The notes under the pieces were generated by a model that made no database searches, was not told the DNA's origin, and saw only the letters and a program-made list of their open reading frames with translations. Below are positions 25,866-35,560 of a stretch of 64,000 bases of DNA, in pieces (the stretch's first letter is position 1; each line of letters starts with the position of its first letter). The translations under genes were made by a program, and so were the position numbers. Source of the stretch: Candidatus Fraserbacteria bacterium. Lineage in GTDB: Bacteria; Bipolaricaulota; Bipolaricaulia; RBG-16-55-9. Location: positions 18,192 through 82,191 of the forward strand of contig JBBIOR010000003.1 in the NCBI GenBank assembly GCA_037443265.1, in the 5' to 3' direction.

Positions 25866-28037
25866 TCAACCCGCCAGCGGAAGCTCTCGGCTCTCAGAGG
25901 GCTCCAGCACGATCTCCCCCTCCGAAAGCTCCACGATGAGGGGTCCGGGCCCTTCCAGATGGGAGAGGCCTAGCAAAAGAGTCAACCCGCTCCTCCTCAG
26001 GCTCAAAGAGAGCTGGTGAGTTCCGATTCTAAGTCCTTCAAGGCCCATATGGGTCCACGACGGCGGTAGCTGGGGGGCCAGCCGCAGGCGATCGGGATGC
26101 GCGCTCGGCCGAAGGCCCCACAGCCCCTCGATGAGCCCACGCACGAATATCGCGCCAGACCAGAGCTGCATCAGGTCTCCGCCGTCGGGGATGAGTTCTG
26201 AATAAGCCCCGAGCAGCCCCTGCCGGAGCGTCGCACTTATGTTGCGCAAGAGGCGCAGGCCCATCTCCACTCTTCCGTAGTTGAACTCCGCGAGGGCCAA
26301 AATTCCGGTGGGCAGAGTCCAGACCCGCTCATCCCCTCCTCGGGTGTGCACTAAGCCCCACGGGCTGAGCCACTCTTGCTCGATGCGAGCGAGCGCCCGC
26401 CGGCCCTTCTCCGGGTCCGCGATGCCTACCTCCATGGGCACGGCCACCGTCCAATGGCCCGAAAGCCGCGGCGTATTATCTATTAAAAGCGAGTCGGCAA
26501 AGAGCCCTTCCTCTTCGAGCCACCAGTCGCGGCCCAGGCCCGCTCGCAGCCGCTGGGCCAGCTCTTGAGCCCGGGCGATCTCTTGGGGCGGGCGAGCTAA
26601 GGCCTCGGCCATCTCAGCTAGATCCAAGAGGGCTCGATAGAGATAGCAGGTGACGTCCAACTTCTCCGGGCCCATGCCCGCTCGCTCGACCATCCCCTCC
26701 CCCTCGGGATAGAGATCCCCATCGGCGTCCCAAAGCCCCAGCAAGAACTCGAAGATCCCCTGCTGCAAGAGGGGATAGATCTCTTCGAGAAAGGTGCGAT
26801 CTTTGCTCCAGCGGAAGTACTCGAAGCAGGCCATCACAAACTGGGCCGTCTCGTTGGCGTTGCCTGGATGGACGATCCAGCCGCCGGTGGAGATCTCATG
26901 AGGCACGCGTCCGCGCTGCTGCCGGACGAAGCGGGCCAGAAGGAGCAGGGCGTCGCGGGCCTCCGGCCACAGCCCCACGGCCATAAGACCCGGCACGGAA
27001 TAACAGAGATCGTTCCCGAAGAGCTGGACGTACTCGGGAACTCCGGCAAATAAATATCTTCCCAGGGTGGGGGGATGGGCGACGAGCGCTTTCAGATTGG
27101 CCTTGGCGCACCAGAAGGCCTCTGGCCAGAGGCCTTCGGAAGAGTGGAATTGTACTCCGCCGAAGACGTATTCCTCGAAGGTCTTGCGCCTTGCGGCGAG
27201 GCGCTCTTCGGCCACAGGCAGAAGGGCGGAGAAGCCTTCTGCGGCGGACTCCGAGGCGCCCTCATGGGCGGCCAGGATGAGGAAGCGCAGGGTCTTTGTC
27301 CCATGCGACTCCAGTGTGAGGTCATATTCGAGCGTGCCCAGAGCTTCCTCGATGTGGGCGCGCTGCGGCAGAAGCTCGGCTCCGGCAGCTAGGCCGAAGC
27401 GCTCGCGCGTGCTGCCCAGCGGGTGGGCCAACAAGAGCCCCTCTCGTAAGAGCAGCTCGTCTTTGCCGTCGGGCAGCTGCGAGCGCCACGCCGGCCTAAG
27501 ATCTACAGCCAGCCGCCAGCGCAGCGTAAGCCTCCTGGGCCGCGGGCTCAGGTTCTCTAGCATGATCTTCAAAAAGAGTGCGGGCTCTTCTTCGAAGACG
27601 GCCTCCTCTTTGGTGATGCGAAGAGCGCGCCGCTCGAACTGCCACCTGGCCCGCAGGAAGTCGTGCTCAAACGAGAGCGCGTCGAGAAGCGCCCAGACTT
27701 CCTGATCCTCCTCGACCTCAAAGGAGAAGCCGTCCAGGAACTTGAGGGGATGGGCCCAGACGCCTCCCATCTCCCCCGGGATGTGCCAGCCGATAGGCGA
27801 AGAATCTCCGCCCATCTCGGCGACTTCATAAAGCTTGGGCCCCCCTAGGAAGAAGAGGGTCTTCGGATCGCTCATCCTTTCCCAGTGGAGCCGTCCGAGC
27901 GACAGCCTCTGCGTCAGGTGCCTTTGTTCTGGCTGCGAGAGGGAGCCTCCTTTGCGAGACATCCAGGCGGCCGCGGCCGTCAGGCCCAGCCCATATAGAA
28001 AATTTCGACGAGTCATCGCGCACAGCCTCCTCTTCAA
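25866..28037 (-). CDS. Tat-exported six-hairpin glycoside hydrolase (GDE_C / GH15-63-like superfamily)
   Basis: Twin-arginine signal MTRRNFLYGLGLTAAAAW. The central region resembles amylo-1,6-glucosidase folds. The start may instead be Met8 at 28016. Confidence 0.6.
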   Translation of the reverse strand: MKRRLCAMTRRNFLYGLGLTAAAAWMSRKGGSLSQPEQRHLTQRLSLGRLHWERMSDPKTLFFLGGPKLYEVAEMGGDSSPIGWHIPGEMGGVWAHPLKFLDGFSFEVEEDQEVWALLDALSFEHDFLRARWQFERRALRITKEEAVFEEEPALFLKIMLENLSPRPRRLTLRWRLAVDLRPAWRSQLPDGKDELLLREGLLLAHPLGSTRERFGLAAGAELLPQRAHIEEALGTLEYDLTLESHGTKTLRFLILAAHEGASESAAEGFSALLPVAEERLAARRKTFEEYVFGGVQFHSSEGLWPEAFWCAKANLKALVAHPPTLGRYLFAGVPEYVQLFGNDLCYSVPGLMAVGLWPEARDALLLLARFVRQQRGRVPHEISTGGWIVHPGNANETAQFVMACFEYFRWSKDRTFLEEIYPLLQQGIFEFLLGLWDADGDLYPEGEGMVERAGMGPEKLDVTCYLYRALLDLAEMAEALARPPQEIARAQELAQRLRAGLGRDWWLEEEGLFADSLLIDNTPRLSGHWTVAVPMEVGIADPEKGRRALARIEQEWLSPWGLVHTRGGDERVWTLPTGILALAEFNYGRVEMGLRLLRNISATLRQGLLGAYSELIPDGGDLMQLWSGAIFVRGLIEGLWGLRPSAHPDRLRLAPQLPPSWTHMGLEGLRIGTHQLSLSLRRSGLTLLLGLSHLEGPGPLIVELSEGEIVLEPSESRELPLAG

Positions 28038-29431
28038 CCCCGGATACCGGTGAGTTTGATCCCCTCGATGAAGTAGCGCTGGAAGATGAGGAAGACGACC
28101 AGCACGGGGATGGCGGCCATAACCGCCCCGGCCAAGATGAGATTCCAGTTGGTGCCGGCCTGCGCGCCGTAGTACTGCAAAAGATTCATCAGGCCTATGG
28201 GCAGGGTGAACATCTCCTGACTGCGCAGCACGATCAGCGGCCAGAAGAGCTCGTTCCAGGCGCCGTGGAAGGTGAGGATCGCCAGAGCCCCGAAGGCCGG
28301 CAGCGACAAGGGCAAGACGATGCGGGCATAGATCTGGAAGGTGCTCGCCCCGTCTATGCGCGCTGCCTCTTCCAGCTCGCGCGGAATGGACTCGAAGAAC
28401 TGCTTGAGCAGAAAGACGGCGGAGATGCCTACCAAGCCCGGCAGGAAGACCCCGGCGTAAGTGTTAATGAGCGTCTCGGTCCCAAAGAGTCGGGAGATGC
28501 CAAAGAGCCCATCGCGCAGCAAGAGGAAGTTGGAGATCATCGTCACCTGGCCGGGCACCATCATGGTGAAGATGGAGGACAAAAACAAGAGGTTGCGGCC
28601 GGGGAAGCGCAGGCGGGCCAGGGCATATCCGGCCAGGCTCGCCAGAGCCAGCGTCAGGATCACCCTGAGGGCGGCGAGGAAGAAGGAGTTGGTCACCCAG
28701 CGGGCGAAGAGGGGCTTATCCCCCGGACCGCGGTAGGCCGTCCAGACTCTTAGATAGTTCTCGAAGAGGTAGCCGAGCACCCCAGGGGTGATGTCCTGCC
28801 AGGTGAGGACCGTCTCGGAGACGCGGGGGCTGATTAGAGCCGGCCAGAGGGTGGCCCCTGCCAGCTGCCAGCCGGCGGGGACTCGGACGGCCAGGCGGAC
28901 GCGGTCGTGGAAGAGCCGCCCGGCGTGGCTGAGCCGGACCTCGTAGACGCGCTCCTGAATGCTGCTCCGCTCCTCCAGTAGGGCGACGGAGGCCTGGATG
29001 TCCGGCCGCGGATCGGTGGTCATGCCGGCGGCCGGGGGCAGGAGCATCACCGTGGGGGCTTCCTCTGGGGCGCGGTTGTTGGCAGCATAAGAGGCCGTGC
29101 GGAAGACGAGTGTGAAGCGCACGGTGCGGCCGGCGGAGAAGCCGCCCAGCCAGCCATCTCCACTGCCCTGGCGCCCCAGCTGCCAGGCCCCCACCCAGTT
29201 GTGCGGCCGGAACTTCTGGGGATAGAACTCCGGCGGCCAGGTGAGCGCGTCCTCGCGAAACGAGGAGAGGAAGGCATATAGTAGCGGGCCGATCATCACG
29301 AGCGCCAAGGCACTCAGCAGGGCGTATATGAGCAGCAGGCGTGTGCGTCGCCGCCTCCTCACCCAGGCCGCACTCACAAGATAGATCCGGCTACGGAAGG
29401 GCACCCCTACCGGCTTCTCTCTGCTGCTCAT
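28034..29431 (-). CDS. Sugar ABC transporter permease (MalG-type) with a large extracytoplasmic insertion
   Basis: Start set at MSSREKPVG, with an ATGA overlap onto the upstream permease stop. EAA loop ...ESIPRELEEAARIDGAS. About 190 aa lie between TM1 and TM2. Confidence 0.8.
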   Translation of the reverse strand: MSSREKPVGVPFRSRIYLVSAAWVRRRRRTRLLLIYALLSALALVMIGPLLYAFLSSFREDALTWPPEFYPQKFRPHNWVGAWQLGRQGSGDGWLGGFSAGRTVRFTLVFRTASYAANNRAPEEAPTVMLLPPAAGMTTDPRPDIQASVALLEERSSIQERVYEVRLSHAGRLFHDRVRLAVRVPAGWQLAGATLWPALISPRVSETVLTWQDITPGVLGYLFENYLRVWTAYRGPGDKPLFARWVTNSFFLAALRVILTLALASLAGYALARLRFPGRNLLFLSSIFTMMVPGQVTMISNFLLLRDGLFGISRLFGTETLINTYAGVFLPGLVGISAVFLLKQFFESIPRELEEAARIDGASTFQIYARIVLPLSLPAFGALAILTFHGAWNELFWPLIVLRSQEMFTLPIGLMNLLQYYGAQAGTNWNLILAGAVMAAIPVLVVFLIFQRYFIEGIKLTGIRG

Positions 29432-30522
29432 AACACGCCCTTCTCCGAGATACCGAATCGGCGCTGCAAGAGCACTACCGCCAGGGTGAGGAGCGCCAGG
29501 AAGAGGGCCGCGGCTGAGGCCATTCCTACCCGTGGCAGGCCCCCGCCCCCAAACATGTTCCAGTAGATGTAGTAAGCGAGCGTGATGATGCTGTCCAGGG
29601 GGGCCAGTCCGGCCAGCACGGCCACCTGATCGAACATCTGGAGGGTGCCAATCAGCCCCAGGGTGATCACCAGAAAGAGCACGGGTCGCAGGGCTGGTAC
29701 GGTGACGTACCAGAGCTTCTGCCAGGATCCGGCCCCGTCCAGCTCCGCCGCTTCGTAGAGCTCCTTGGGGACGTCCTGCAGGCCGGCGAGGAAGATGACC
29801 ATGAACGTTGGAATCGTCGTCCAGATGTTGAGAGCCATGATCGACCAGAGGGGCAGGGGCACACCCAAGAACGTCCGCTCGGTGCTCACCCAAGCGATCT
29901 CCATAGGCGGCACCGCCCGCGGCCTAAGCACCCCCAGCTGGTGGAGCCCTATGGTCACCAAGGCTGCCCCCAGCAGGCTGGTGAGCAGCAGGAGGGGATC
30001 GAAGAACCGAGTCGGCGCCTTCCAGCGCCACCGCTCCCAAAGAAGCTGGAGGAGGTGCAAGAGGGCGACCGCACCCGCAAAGACGAGCAGATAGAGAGCA
30101 TATTGCTGCAGCGCCGTAAGCAGGAAGTTGGCCACCCCGCGCCGATGGACCAACCAGGCGAAGATCAGCGTAACCACGACGCTGGAGCTTATGCTGGGCA
30201 CGTAGTAGCCAGCGCGGAAAAGCGTGATCCCGCGCAGCTTCTGATTGACCACCACGGCCAAAAGCAGCGCCAGAATCGTCTGGACGCTCGTGACTATGGC
30301 GGAGAATACAAGCGTGTGGGAGAGGGCCAGCAGGAAGCGGCTGTCTTCGAGGAGGTGGTTGAAGTTCTTTAGCCCCACCCAGCTGGGGGGCTTGAAGAGA
30401 TCATATTCGGTGAAGCTGAAGTATACGGCGCGGATGAAGGCGTATCCGAAGGCCACAACCAAGGTCCAAAGCAGGGGCAGCAGGAACAGGAAGGCCCAGC
30501 CCAGCTCCTCGCGGGTGCGCAT
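29428..30522 (-). CDS. Sugar ABC transporter permease (MalF/UgpA-type)
   Basis: MRTREELGWAFLFLLP..., EAA loop LQDVPKELYEAAELDGAG. An alternative upstream start exists at 30570. Confidence 0.8.
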   Translation of the reverse strand: MRTREELGWAFLFLLPLLWTLVVAFGYAFIRAVYFSFTEYDLFKPPSWVGLKNFNHLLEDSRFLLALSHTLVFSAIVTSVQTILALLLAVVVNQKLRGITLFRAGYYVPSISSSVVVTLIFAWLVHRRGVANFLLTALQQYALYLLVFAGAVALLHLLQLLWERWRWKAPTRFFDPLLLLTSLLGAALVTIGLHQLGVLRPRAVPPMEIAWVSTERTFLGVPLPLWSIMALNIWTTIPTFMVIFLAGLQDVPKELYEAAELDGAGSWQKLWYVTVPALRPVLFLVITLGLIGTLQMFDQVAVLAGLAPLDSIITLAYYIYWNMFGGGGLPRVGMASAAALFLALLTLAVVLLQRRFGISEKGVL

Positions 30523-30591
30523 GCAAAGAGTGTAAGAGCAGAGGAGCCGGCGGACAAGCCGGCCCCCCACTCCTTCTCCTCTTCTTGATCT

Positions 30592-31914
30592 TTACGTGCC
30601 GGGACAGACGCCTCTTGGGACGAGCCCCTTATCGACCAGGAGCTTGTTGAGGTTTAAGGCGGCCTCCTCCATGGCCGCTCGGACGGTGGCCTCCTTGTTG
30701 AAGATCTTCGTCAGGGCGGCGCCCAGGGTGTCGAGGTAGGCCGGCCCACCGACCGCGCCGAAGGTGAAGGGGCGTGTGCCCGGCTGGCCGGTGGCCTCAA
30801 AGACCACGCGCGCGCCCGCTTGGAAGGGGTTCTGCGGGTTGGCCAGGGGAGATTTGGGATCGGCCAGAAGCTCCTTGCGCGGCGGGATGGCCAGCCGCTC
30901 CAGCACGAAGAGATTGGCCTCCTTGCTCACCAGGGCCTCGACCACCTGGAAGGCCGTCTGAGCTCGCGCTGAGGGTAAGCCTGCGGGGATGCCGTAGCCT
31001 ACGGTGAAGAGGTAGTTGGCCCTCTTGCCGTCTGGGGTCAGCGGCAGGAAGGCCGCGCCGAAGTCGAGGGTGGGGTTCTCGTTGAGGATGGGGCCGAGCA
31101 TCCAGCCGCCCTCGTTGACGATGAAGCCCTTCTCGGCCGTGAAGGCCGCCCCCGGCCAGCCGGCTCCCACGTCCGCCGAGGTCTTGCCAAAGCCAAAGCG
31201 ATTAGGGATGCTGAAGAACTCAGCTGCCGTGATGGCTTCCTCCGTCGCGAAGGGGGCGCAGAGCCCGAGCATGAAGGGCATCCCATTCGCGAAGGCAAAA
31301 GGCAGGAATCTTACCGGGTCCGGGTTGAGGTTGATCGCGGCCGTGCCTGCAGGGGCGGCTCGATTTACTGCCTGCGCCTTCTGCAAGAAGTCGAACCAGG
31401 TGTCGGTGTTGCTGGGGAAAGCCACGCCGGCTCGCCGGAAGGCATCCTTGTTGTACCAGATCACTAAGCTGTTGAAGTCCTTGGCGATGGCATAAATTTG
31501 CCCATCGAATTCGAAGGCGTCCACCAGGGGCTCCAGCCATTTATCCCGCAAGTTCGGCCCTAGGTCCGTGGACCGCGCGATGAAGTCGTTAAGAGACTGG
31601 AGCCTTCCGGTCGCTGCCACCTCCGGAGCCCAGAAGACATCGATGTAGTAGATGTCCGCCAGAGCTGCTCCTCCGGCCGCCAGATCATTTAGGACCCGCT
31701 GGCGCATGTCCACGGCCTCGGGCTGCCAGACGACGTTCACACCTGCAGGCAGCTTGCCTATCCGCTGTAGCTCCGTAAGAAGCGCCTGCACTACGGGGGT
31801 GTCCCCGCTGAAGCCGACCAGGGTGATGCTCGTGGGCTGCTGGCTAGAAGAGGCGGTGCCCAGCCCCAATACCAGAAGCCCGGCCAGTCCCAAGATGAGC
31901 CACTTCCTGTACAT
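30592..31914 (-). CDS. Extracellular solute-binding protein (sugar ABC)
   Basis: 440 aa. Signal peptide, family-1 SBP pattern. First gene of the minus-strand transporter operon. Confidence 0.82.
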   Translation of the reverse strand: MYRKWLILGLAGLLVLGLGTASSSQQPTSITLVGFSGDTPVVQALLTELQRIGKLPAGVNVVWQPEAVDMRQRVLNDLAAGGAALADIYYIDVFWAPEVAATGRLQSLNDFIARSTDLGPNLRDKWLEPLVDAFEFDGQIYAIAKDFNSLVIWYNKDAFRRAGVAFPSNTDTWFDFLQKAQAVNRAAPAGTAAINLNPDPVRFLPFAFANGMPFMLGLCAPFATEEAITAAEFFSIPNRFGFGKTSADVGAGWPGAAFTAEKGFIVNEGGWMLGPILNENPTLDFGAAFLPLTPDGKRANYLFTVGYGIPAGLPSARAQTAFQVVEALVSKEANLFVLERLAIPPRKELLADPKSPLANPQNPFQAGARVVFEATGQPGTRPFTFGAVGGPAYLDTLGAALTKIFNKEATVRAAMEEAALNLNKLLVDKGLVPRGVCPGT

Positions 31915-31995
31915 TTTTGTACCTCCTTCGGTTCAATCGATTTGTGGGCGAGAAGGGAGCTTGTGAGGCTGGAGGTTCACTCATCCATCCCCTTT

Positions 31996-32009
31996 CGTAA
32001 TCGATTACG
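31996..32009. promoter_or_regulatory. LacI-type operator, perfect 14-bp palindrome
   Basis: CGTAATCGATTACG, 5 nt downstream of the predicted -10 of the SBP operon. A related site, CAATCGATTT, lies at 31934-31943. Confidence 0.5.
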
Positions 32010-32013
32010 GAGT

Positions 32014-32042
32014 AAGCTAGCATAAAAGGCCTCTTCTGTCAA
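32014..32042 (-). promoter_or_regulatory. Candidate promoter of the SBP-permease-GH operon
   Basis: Minus strand: TTGACA (32042-32037), 17-nt spacer, TAGCTT (32019-32014). Confidence 0.45.
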
Positions 32043-33004
32043 GATGAGCGAAGAAGCCTCAAGCGCTGCGCGGCCTCCTCGGGCGGGACGGAATTGACAT
32101 AGAAGCCCGTGCCCCACTCCAGCCCTGCCAGCTGGCCCAGACGGGGCAAGATCTCAAAGTGCCAGTGATAGCTGTACTCCAGCGTGGGAGCGGGCTTCTT
32201 GCGCCCGGAGGGCGGCAACGGCGCCGTATGGAGATAGTAATTGTACGCTGTGGAGCGGAGCGCGTGGGCGAGTCGAGCCAGGGTGCGTGGGAGCAGGCAG
32301 GCCAGCGAGCTGAGCTCTTCCGCAGAGATCATGAGAAAGTCATGGGCGTGTCTTCGGGGCAAGACCCAGCACTCAAAAGGGACGCGCGCGGCATAGGGGG
32401 ACCAGACGAGAAAGTATCCATCCACATCGATGACGCGCTCTTTGAGGGCCAGTTCGCGCTCGATCATCTCGCAATAGGGGCAGCGGCGCCGCGGGCGATA
32501 GGATCGCTCAGCCATTTGAAGCTCTTCTCGGATCAGAGGAGGGATGAGTGGGAATCCCACGAGCTGGGCGTGGGGGTGGGCGCGCGTCGCTCCGGCAGCT
32601 CGGCCGTAGTTCTTAAAGAGGGCCAGATAGCGCCAACGCCCCTGCTGGGCGAGGGCCTCCAGGCGCGTCTTGTACGCAGATATCACTTGCTGGACGTGAT
32701 CTTGGGGTAGAGCGGGAAGGTCCTTCCCATGGGCTGGGGTCTCGATGATGAGCTCATGGGCGTCGCTGATGGGGTATTTATTGGGGATGGCGCGGATCTG
32801 CCAGCTGGGGCTGTTGGGCGGACCCTCCCGGAGGGCCCATGTCTCCGCCGGGGTCTCCTTCTCATGGCCCGGGCAGAAGGGGCAGTCCTCTTCGCTTAAG
32901 AGAGGCTCGTGGGCGGGCCAATCCGAGGGGCGAGCTCCCCGGCCGTGGACTATCAACACCCGGCGCCGTGTGAACGTGTCTACGCGGACCTCCAACATCT
33001 CCAT
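32039..33004 (-). CDS. galT: Galactose-1-phosphate uridylyltransferase family (HIT superfamily) nucleotidyltransferase
   Basis: CPFCPGHE zinc motif, NKYP, and HPHAQ active-site motif. 321 aa. Confidence 0.78.
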   Translation of the reverse strand: MEMLEVRVDTFTRRRVLIVHGRGARPSDWPAHEPLLSEEDCPFCPGHEKETPAETWALREGPPNSPSWQIRAIPNKYPISDAHELIIETPAHGKDLPALPQDHVQQVISAYKTRLEALAQQGRWRYLALFKNYGRAAGATRAHPHAQLVGFPLIPPLIREELQMAERSYRPRRRCPYCEMIERELALKERVIDVDGYFLVWSPYAARVPFECWVLPRRHAHDFLMISAEELSSLACLLPRTLARLAHALRSTAYNYYLHTAPLPPSGRKKPAPTLEYSYHWHFEILPRLGQLAGLEWGTGFYVNSVPPEEAAQRLRLLRSS

Positions 33005-33015
33005 AGCTCAAGCTC

Positions 33016-33045
33016 TTGACAACCCACTCTTAAATCGATTATACT
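33016..33045 (+). promoter_or_regulatory. Candidate promoter with an overlapping AATCGATT operator
   Basis: TTGACA (33016-21), 18-nt spacer containing TAAATCGATTAT (AATCGATT at 33033-40), then TATACT (33040-45). Confidence 0.45.
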
Positions 33046-33262
33046 GCTCTTGCCGTAATGTGCTACTGCCAAGATCACCCAGCGCAAGACACAAAGGAGG
33101 CGAGAATCGGTGCAAATAAGCTGTACACCTTCAAGGCCACCTGCCCGCTTGACCTACCGTTATGATCTTCTCTCTTGCCAGCCAAAGATCCCTAGCCTCA
33201 TAGGGGGTGGGAGATGAAATCAAGTCCATCGCTAAATATATAATAATACAGGAGGGATAAAA

Positions 33263-34585
33263 ATGTTCAAGCGGAGTTTACTGTTCCTGCTCATTGCGGC
33301 CATGACGGTAGGCGCGTTGTTCTTGTTCACATCTTCGAATGCGGTGACGGCTGCCCAGGGAGGGCAGGTCGAGATCGTCGTTGTCTGGTCCGGCGGGGAG
33401 CTGGATGCCTTCAATCAAGTCATCGCCCGCTTTGAGCAGAATACGGGCATAGACGCAGTGGTAAACAGTGCTGGCAGGGATCTGCCCTCGGTGCTGGTCA
33501 GCCGGGTGGCGGCGGGCAATCCACCCGACGTGGCCGCCCTGCCCAACCCGGGGCAGATGGCGGAGTTCGTCCGCCAGGGTGCGCTCGTGGCGCTCGACCC
33601 GGCGATCGTGGCGGATCACCCCAAGGCCTTTGTGGATCTGGGCTCCGTGGACGGGACGCTCTACGGTGTCTTCCTCTCCGCGGATCTTAAGAGCCTGGTG
33701 TGGTACAACACGAAGCAATTGGGTCCTAATGCGGGCCTTCCAAGCTGGGATCAGCTGATGGCCTTCACGGAAGGGCTGGCCGCCCGTGGCCAGACCGCCT
33801 GGTGCATCGGCTTGGAGAGCGGAGCAGCCTCTGGGTGGCCCGGCACGGACTGGGTCGAGGACATTATGCTGCGGACCGCCGGGCCTGAGGCCTACGACCA
33901 GTGGGTCAACCACGACATCCCCTGGACGGACGCGCGGGTGAAGTACGCCTTCGAGCTCTTCGGCCAGATCGCCCGCAACCCAAAGTTCGTGCTGGGCGGA
34001 CCACAGGGAGCCTTGAGCACCAACTTCGGCGAATCGCCCAATGGGCTCTTCACCAGCCCGCCGGGCTGCTATCTTCACCGCCAAGCGACCTTCATTCAGA
34101 GCTTCATTCTGAGCGCCAACCCTGGGTTGCAGCCGAGGGTGGACTTCAACATCTTCCTCTTCCCGCCCATCGACCCGCAGTTCGGCAATCCCTTGCTGGG
34201 CGCTGGAGACTTAATTAGCGTCTTTCGCAACACCCCTCAGGCCCGAGAGCTCATTAAGTTCTTGGCCTCTGCCGAAGCCCAAGAGATCTGGGTCGGCACG
34301 CTCAAGAAGCTACCGATTAACACCCGAGTCAACGTCTCCGTCTTGGCGAACCCGATCGCCGAACGGGCCGCCCAGCTGCTCTTTACGGCAGCAGCCTTCC
34401 GCTTCGACGGATCTGATCTGATGCCCGCAGCGGTGGGCTCCGGCGAGTTCTGGACGGCGGTGCTCGACTACGTCGGCGGCGCGGACGTCTGCAGCGTCCT
34501 AAGGCGCCTGGAGGCCGCAGCCGACAGAGCGTACACCCGCGGCGCAGCGACCAACAACGTGGTGGAGCCGGGGGCCTGCCCATAA
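33263..34585 (+). CDS. Extracellular solute-binding protein (sugar ABC)
   Basis: 440 aa. Signal peptide, family-1 SBP. Followed by two permease genes. Confidence 0.82.
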   Translation: MFKRSLLFLLIAAMTVGALFLFTSSNAVTAAQGGQVEIVVVWSGGELDAFNQVIARFEQNTGIDAVVNSAGRDLPSVLVSRVAAGNPPDVAALPNPGQMAEFVRQGALVALDPAIVADHPKAFVDLGSVDGTLYGVFLSADLKSLVWYNTKQLGPNAGLPSWDQLMAFTEGLAARGQTAWCIGLESGAASGWPGTDWVEDIMLRTAGPEAYDQWVNHDIPWTDARVKYAFELFGQIARNPKFVLGGPQGALSTNFGESPNGLFTSPPGCYLHRQATFIQSFILSANPGLQPRVDFNIFLFPPIDPQFGNPLLGAGDLISVFRNTPQARELIKFLASAEAQEIWVGTLKKLPINTRVNVSVLANPIAERAAQLLFTAAAFRFDGSDLMPAAVGSGEFWTAVLDYVGGADVCSVLRRLEAAADRAYTRGAATNNVVEPGACP

Positions 34586-34678
34586 CGCGAGGCTCTCACC
34601 CATCAAAGACGAGGAAGGAGTGGGGTACGGCTTGCCCACTCCTTCCTCTCTTGATAGATAGAAAGAGAGCGATTCGCG

Positions 34679-35560
34679 ATGAAGACCCGCGGGCTCATCC
34701 CCTGGCTGTATATCGCTCCTGCCCTGCTCATCTTGAGCTTCTATCTGGTGTATCCGGCGATTGAGACCCTCTATAATAGCTTTTTTAAGTTAAGCAGCTT
34801 GCGAGCTCCAGGCCAGTTCGTCGGACTGGAAAACTATGTTCGCATCTTCCTCCAGCAGGATACTCTTATAGCTTTGCGCAACAACGCCCTCTGGTTCCTC
34901 ATTGTCACGGCTGTGGCTGTCGGCTTGGGATTGCTGCTGGCCGTGCTCCTCGATCGGGTGCGCTATGAGTCCTTCGCCAAATCTCTAATATTCATGCCCA
35001 TGGCCATCTCATTTGTGGGGGCCGGGGTCATCTGGAAATTCGTCTATGCCTTTCGTCCCGAGATCTATCCCCAAATTGGCGTTTTAAACGCGGCCCGCGT
35101 GGCTTGGGGCTCCGATCCCATCGCGTGGCTCACCCAGAGCCCCTGGATCAACAATCTGGCCCTGATGGCCGTCTTCATCTGGATCTGGACGGGCTATTGC
35201 CTGGTCATTCTTTCCGCCGCCTATAAGGGCATCGATCGGGATCTTTTGGATGCCGCCCGCACAGATGGGGCCAACGAGTGGCAGGTCTTCTGGCATGTCA
35301 TTCTGCCTACCCTGCGCTCCACCATCGTGGTGGTGGCCACCACCATGACCGTCTTCACTCTAAAGGTCTTCGACATCGTCTACGTGATGACGAACGGGAA
35401 TTTTGGCACGGAGGTGCTGGCCAACGCCATGTACAAAGAGATGTATCTCTTTCAGAGATACGGCTTTGCCAGCGCCATCGCCGTGGTCATCTTTCTGGCC
35501 GTGCTGCCGTTCATCGTGATCAACATTCGCAGATTTCTGGAGCAGGAGGCCGTGCGATGA
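34679..35560 (+). CDS. Sugar ABC transporter permease (MalF/UgpA-type)
   Basis: 293 aa, six TM segments, EAA loop GIDRDLLDAARTDGAN. Confidence 0.85.
   Translation: MKTRGLIPWLYIAPALLILSFYLVYPAIETLYNSFFKLSSLRAPGQFVGLENYVRIFLQQDTLIALRNNALWFLIVTAVAVGLGLLLAVLLDRVRYESFAKSLIFMPMAISFVGAGVIWKFVYAFRPEIYPQIGVLNAARVAWGSDPIAWLTQSPWINNLALMAVFIWIWTGYCLVILSAAYKGIDRDLLDAARTDGANEWQVFWHVILPTLRSTIVVVATTMTVFTLKVFDIVYVMTNGNFGTEVLANAMYKEMYLFQRYGFASAIAVVIFLAVLPFIVINIRRFLEQEAVR

Noticed and set aside
29432-29893. 154-codon N-terminal extension of the 619-aa permease ORF
   Set aside because: It overlaps the 3' end of the upstream permease gene in another frame. MalG-type homology starts at MSSREKPVG, with an ATGA stop/start overlap.
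33278-34084. 268-aa minus-strand ORF
   Set aside because: Antisense shadow of the solute-binding protein gene 33263..34585.
35278-35556. 93-codon N-terminal extension of the 381-aa permease ORF
   Set aside because: Same situation as above. It is out of frame over the MalF-type gene, and the true start is the ATGA-overlapping ATG at 35557.
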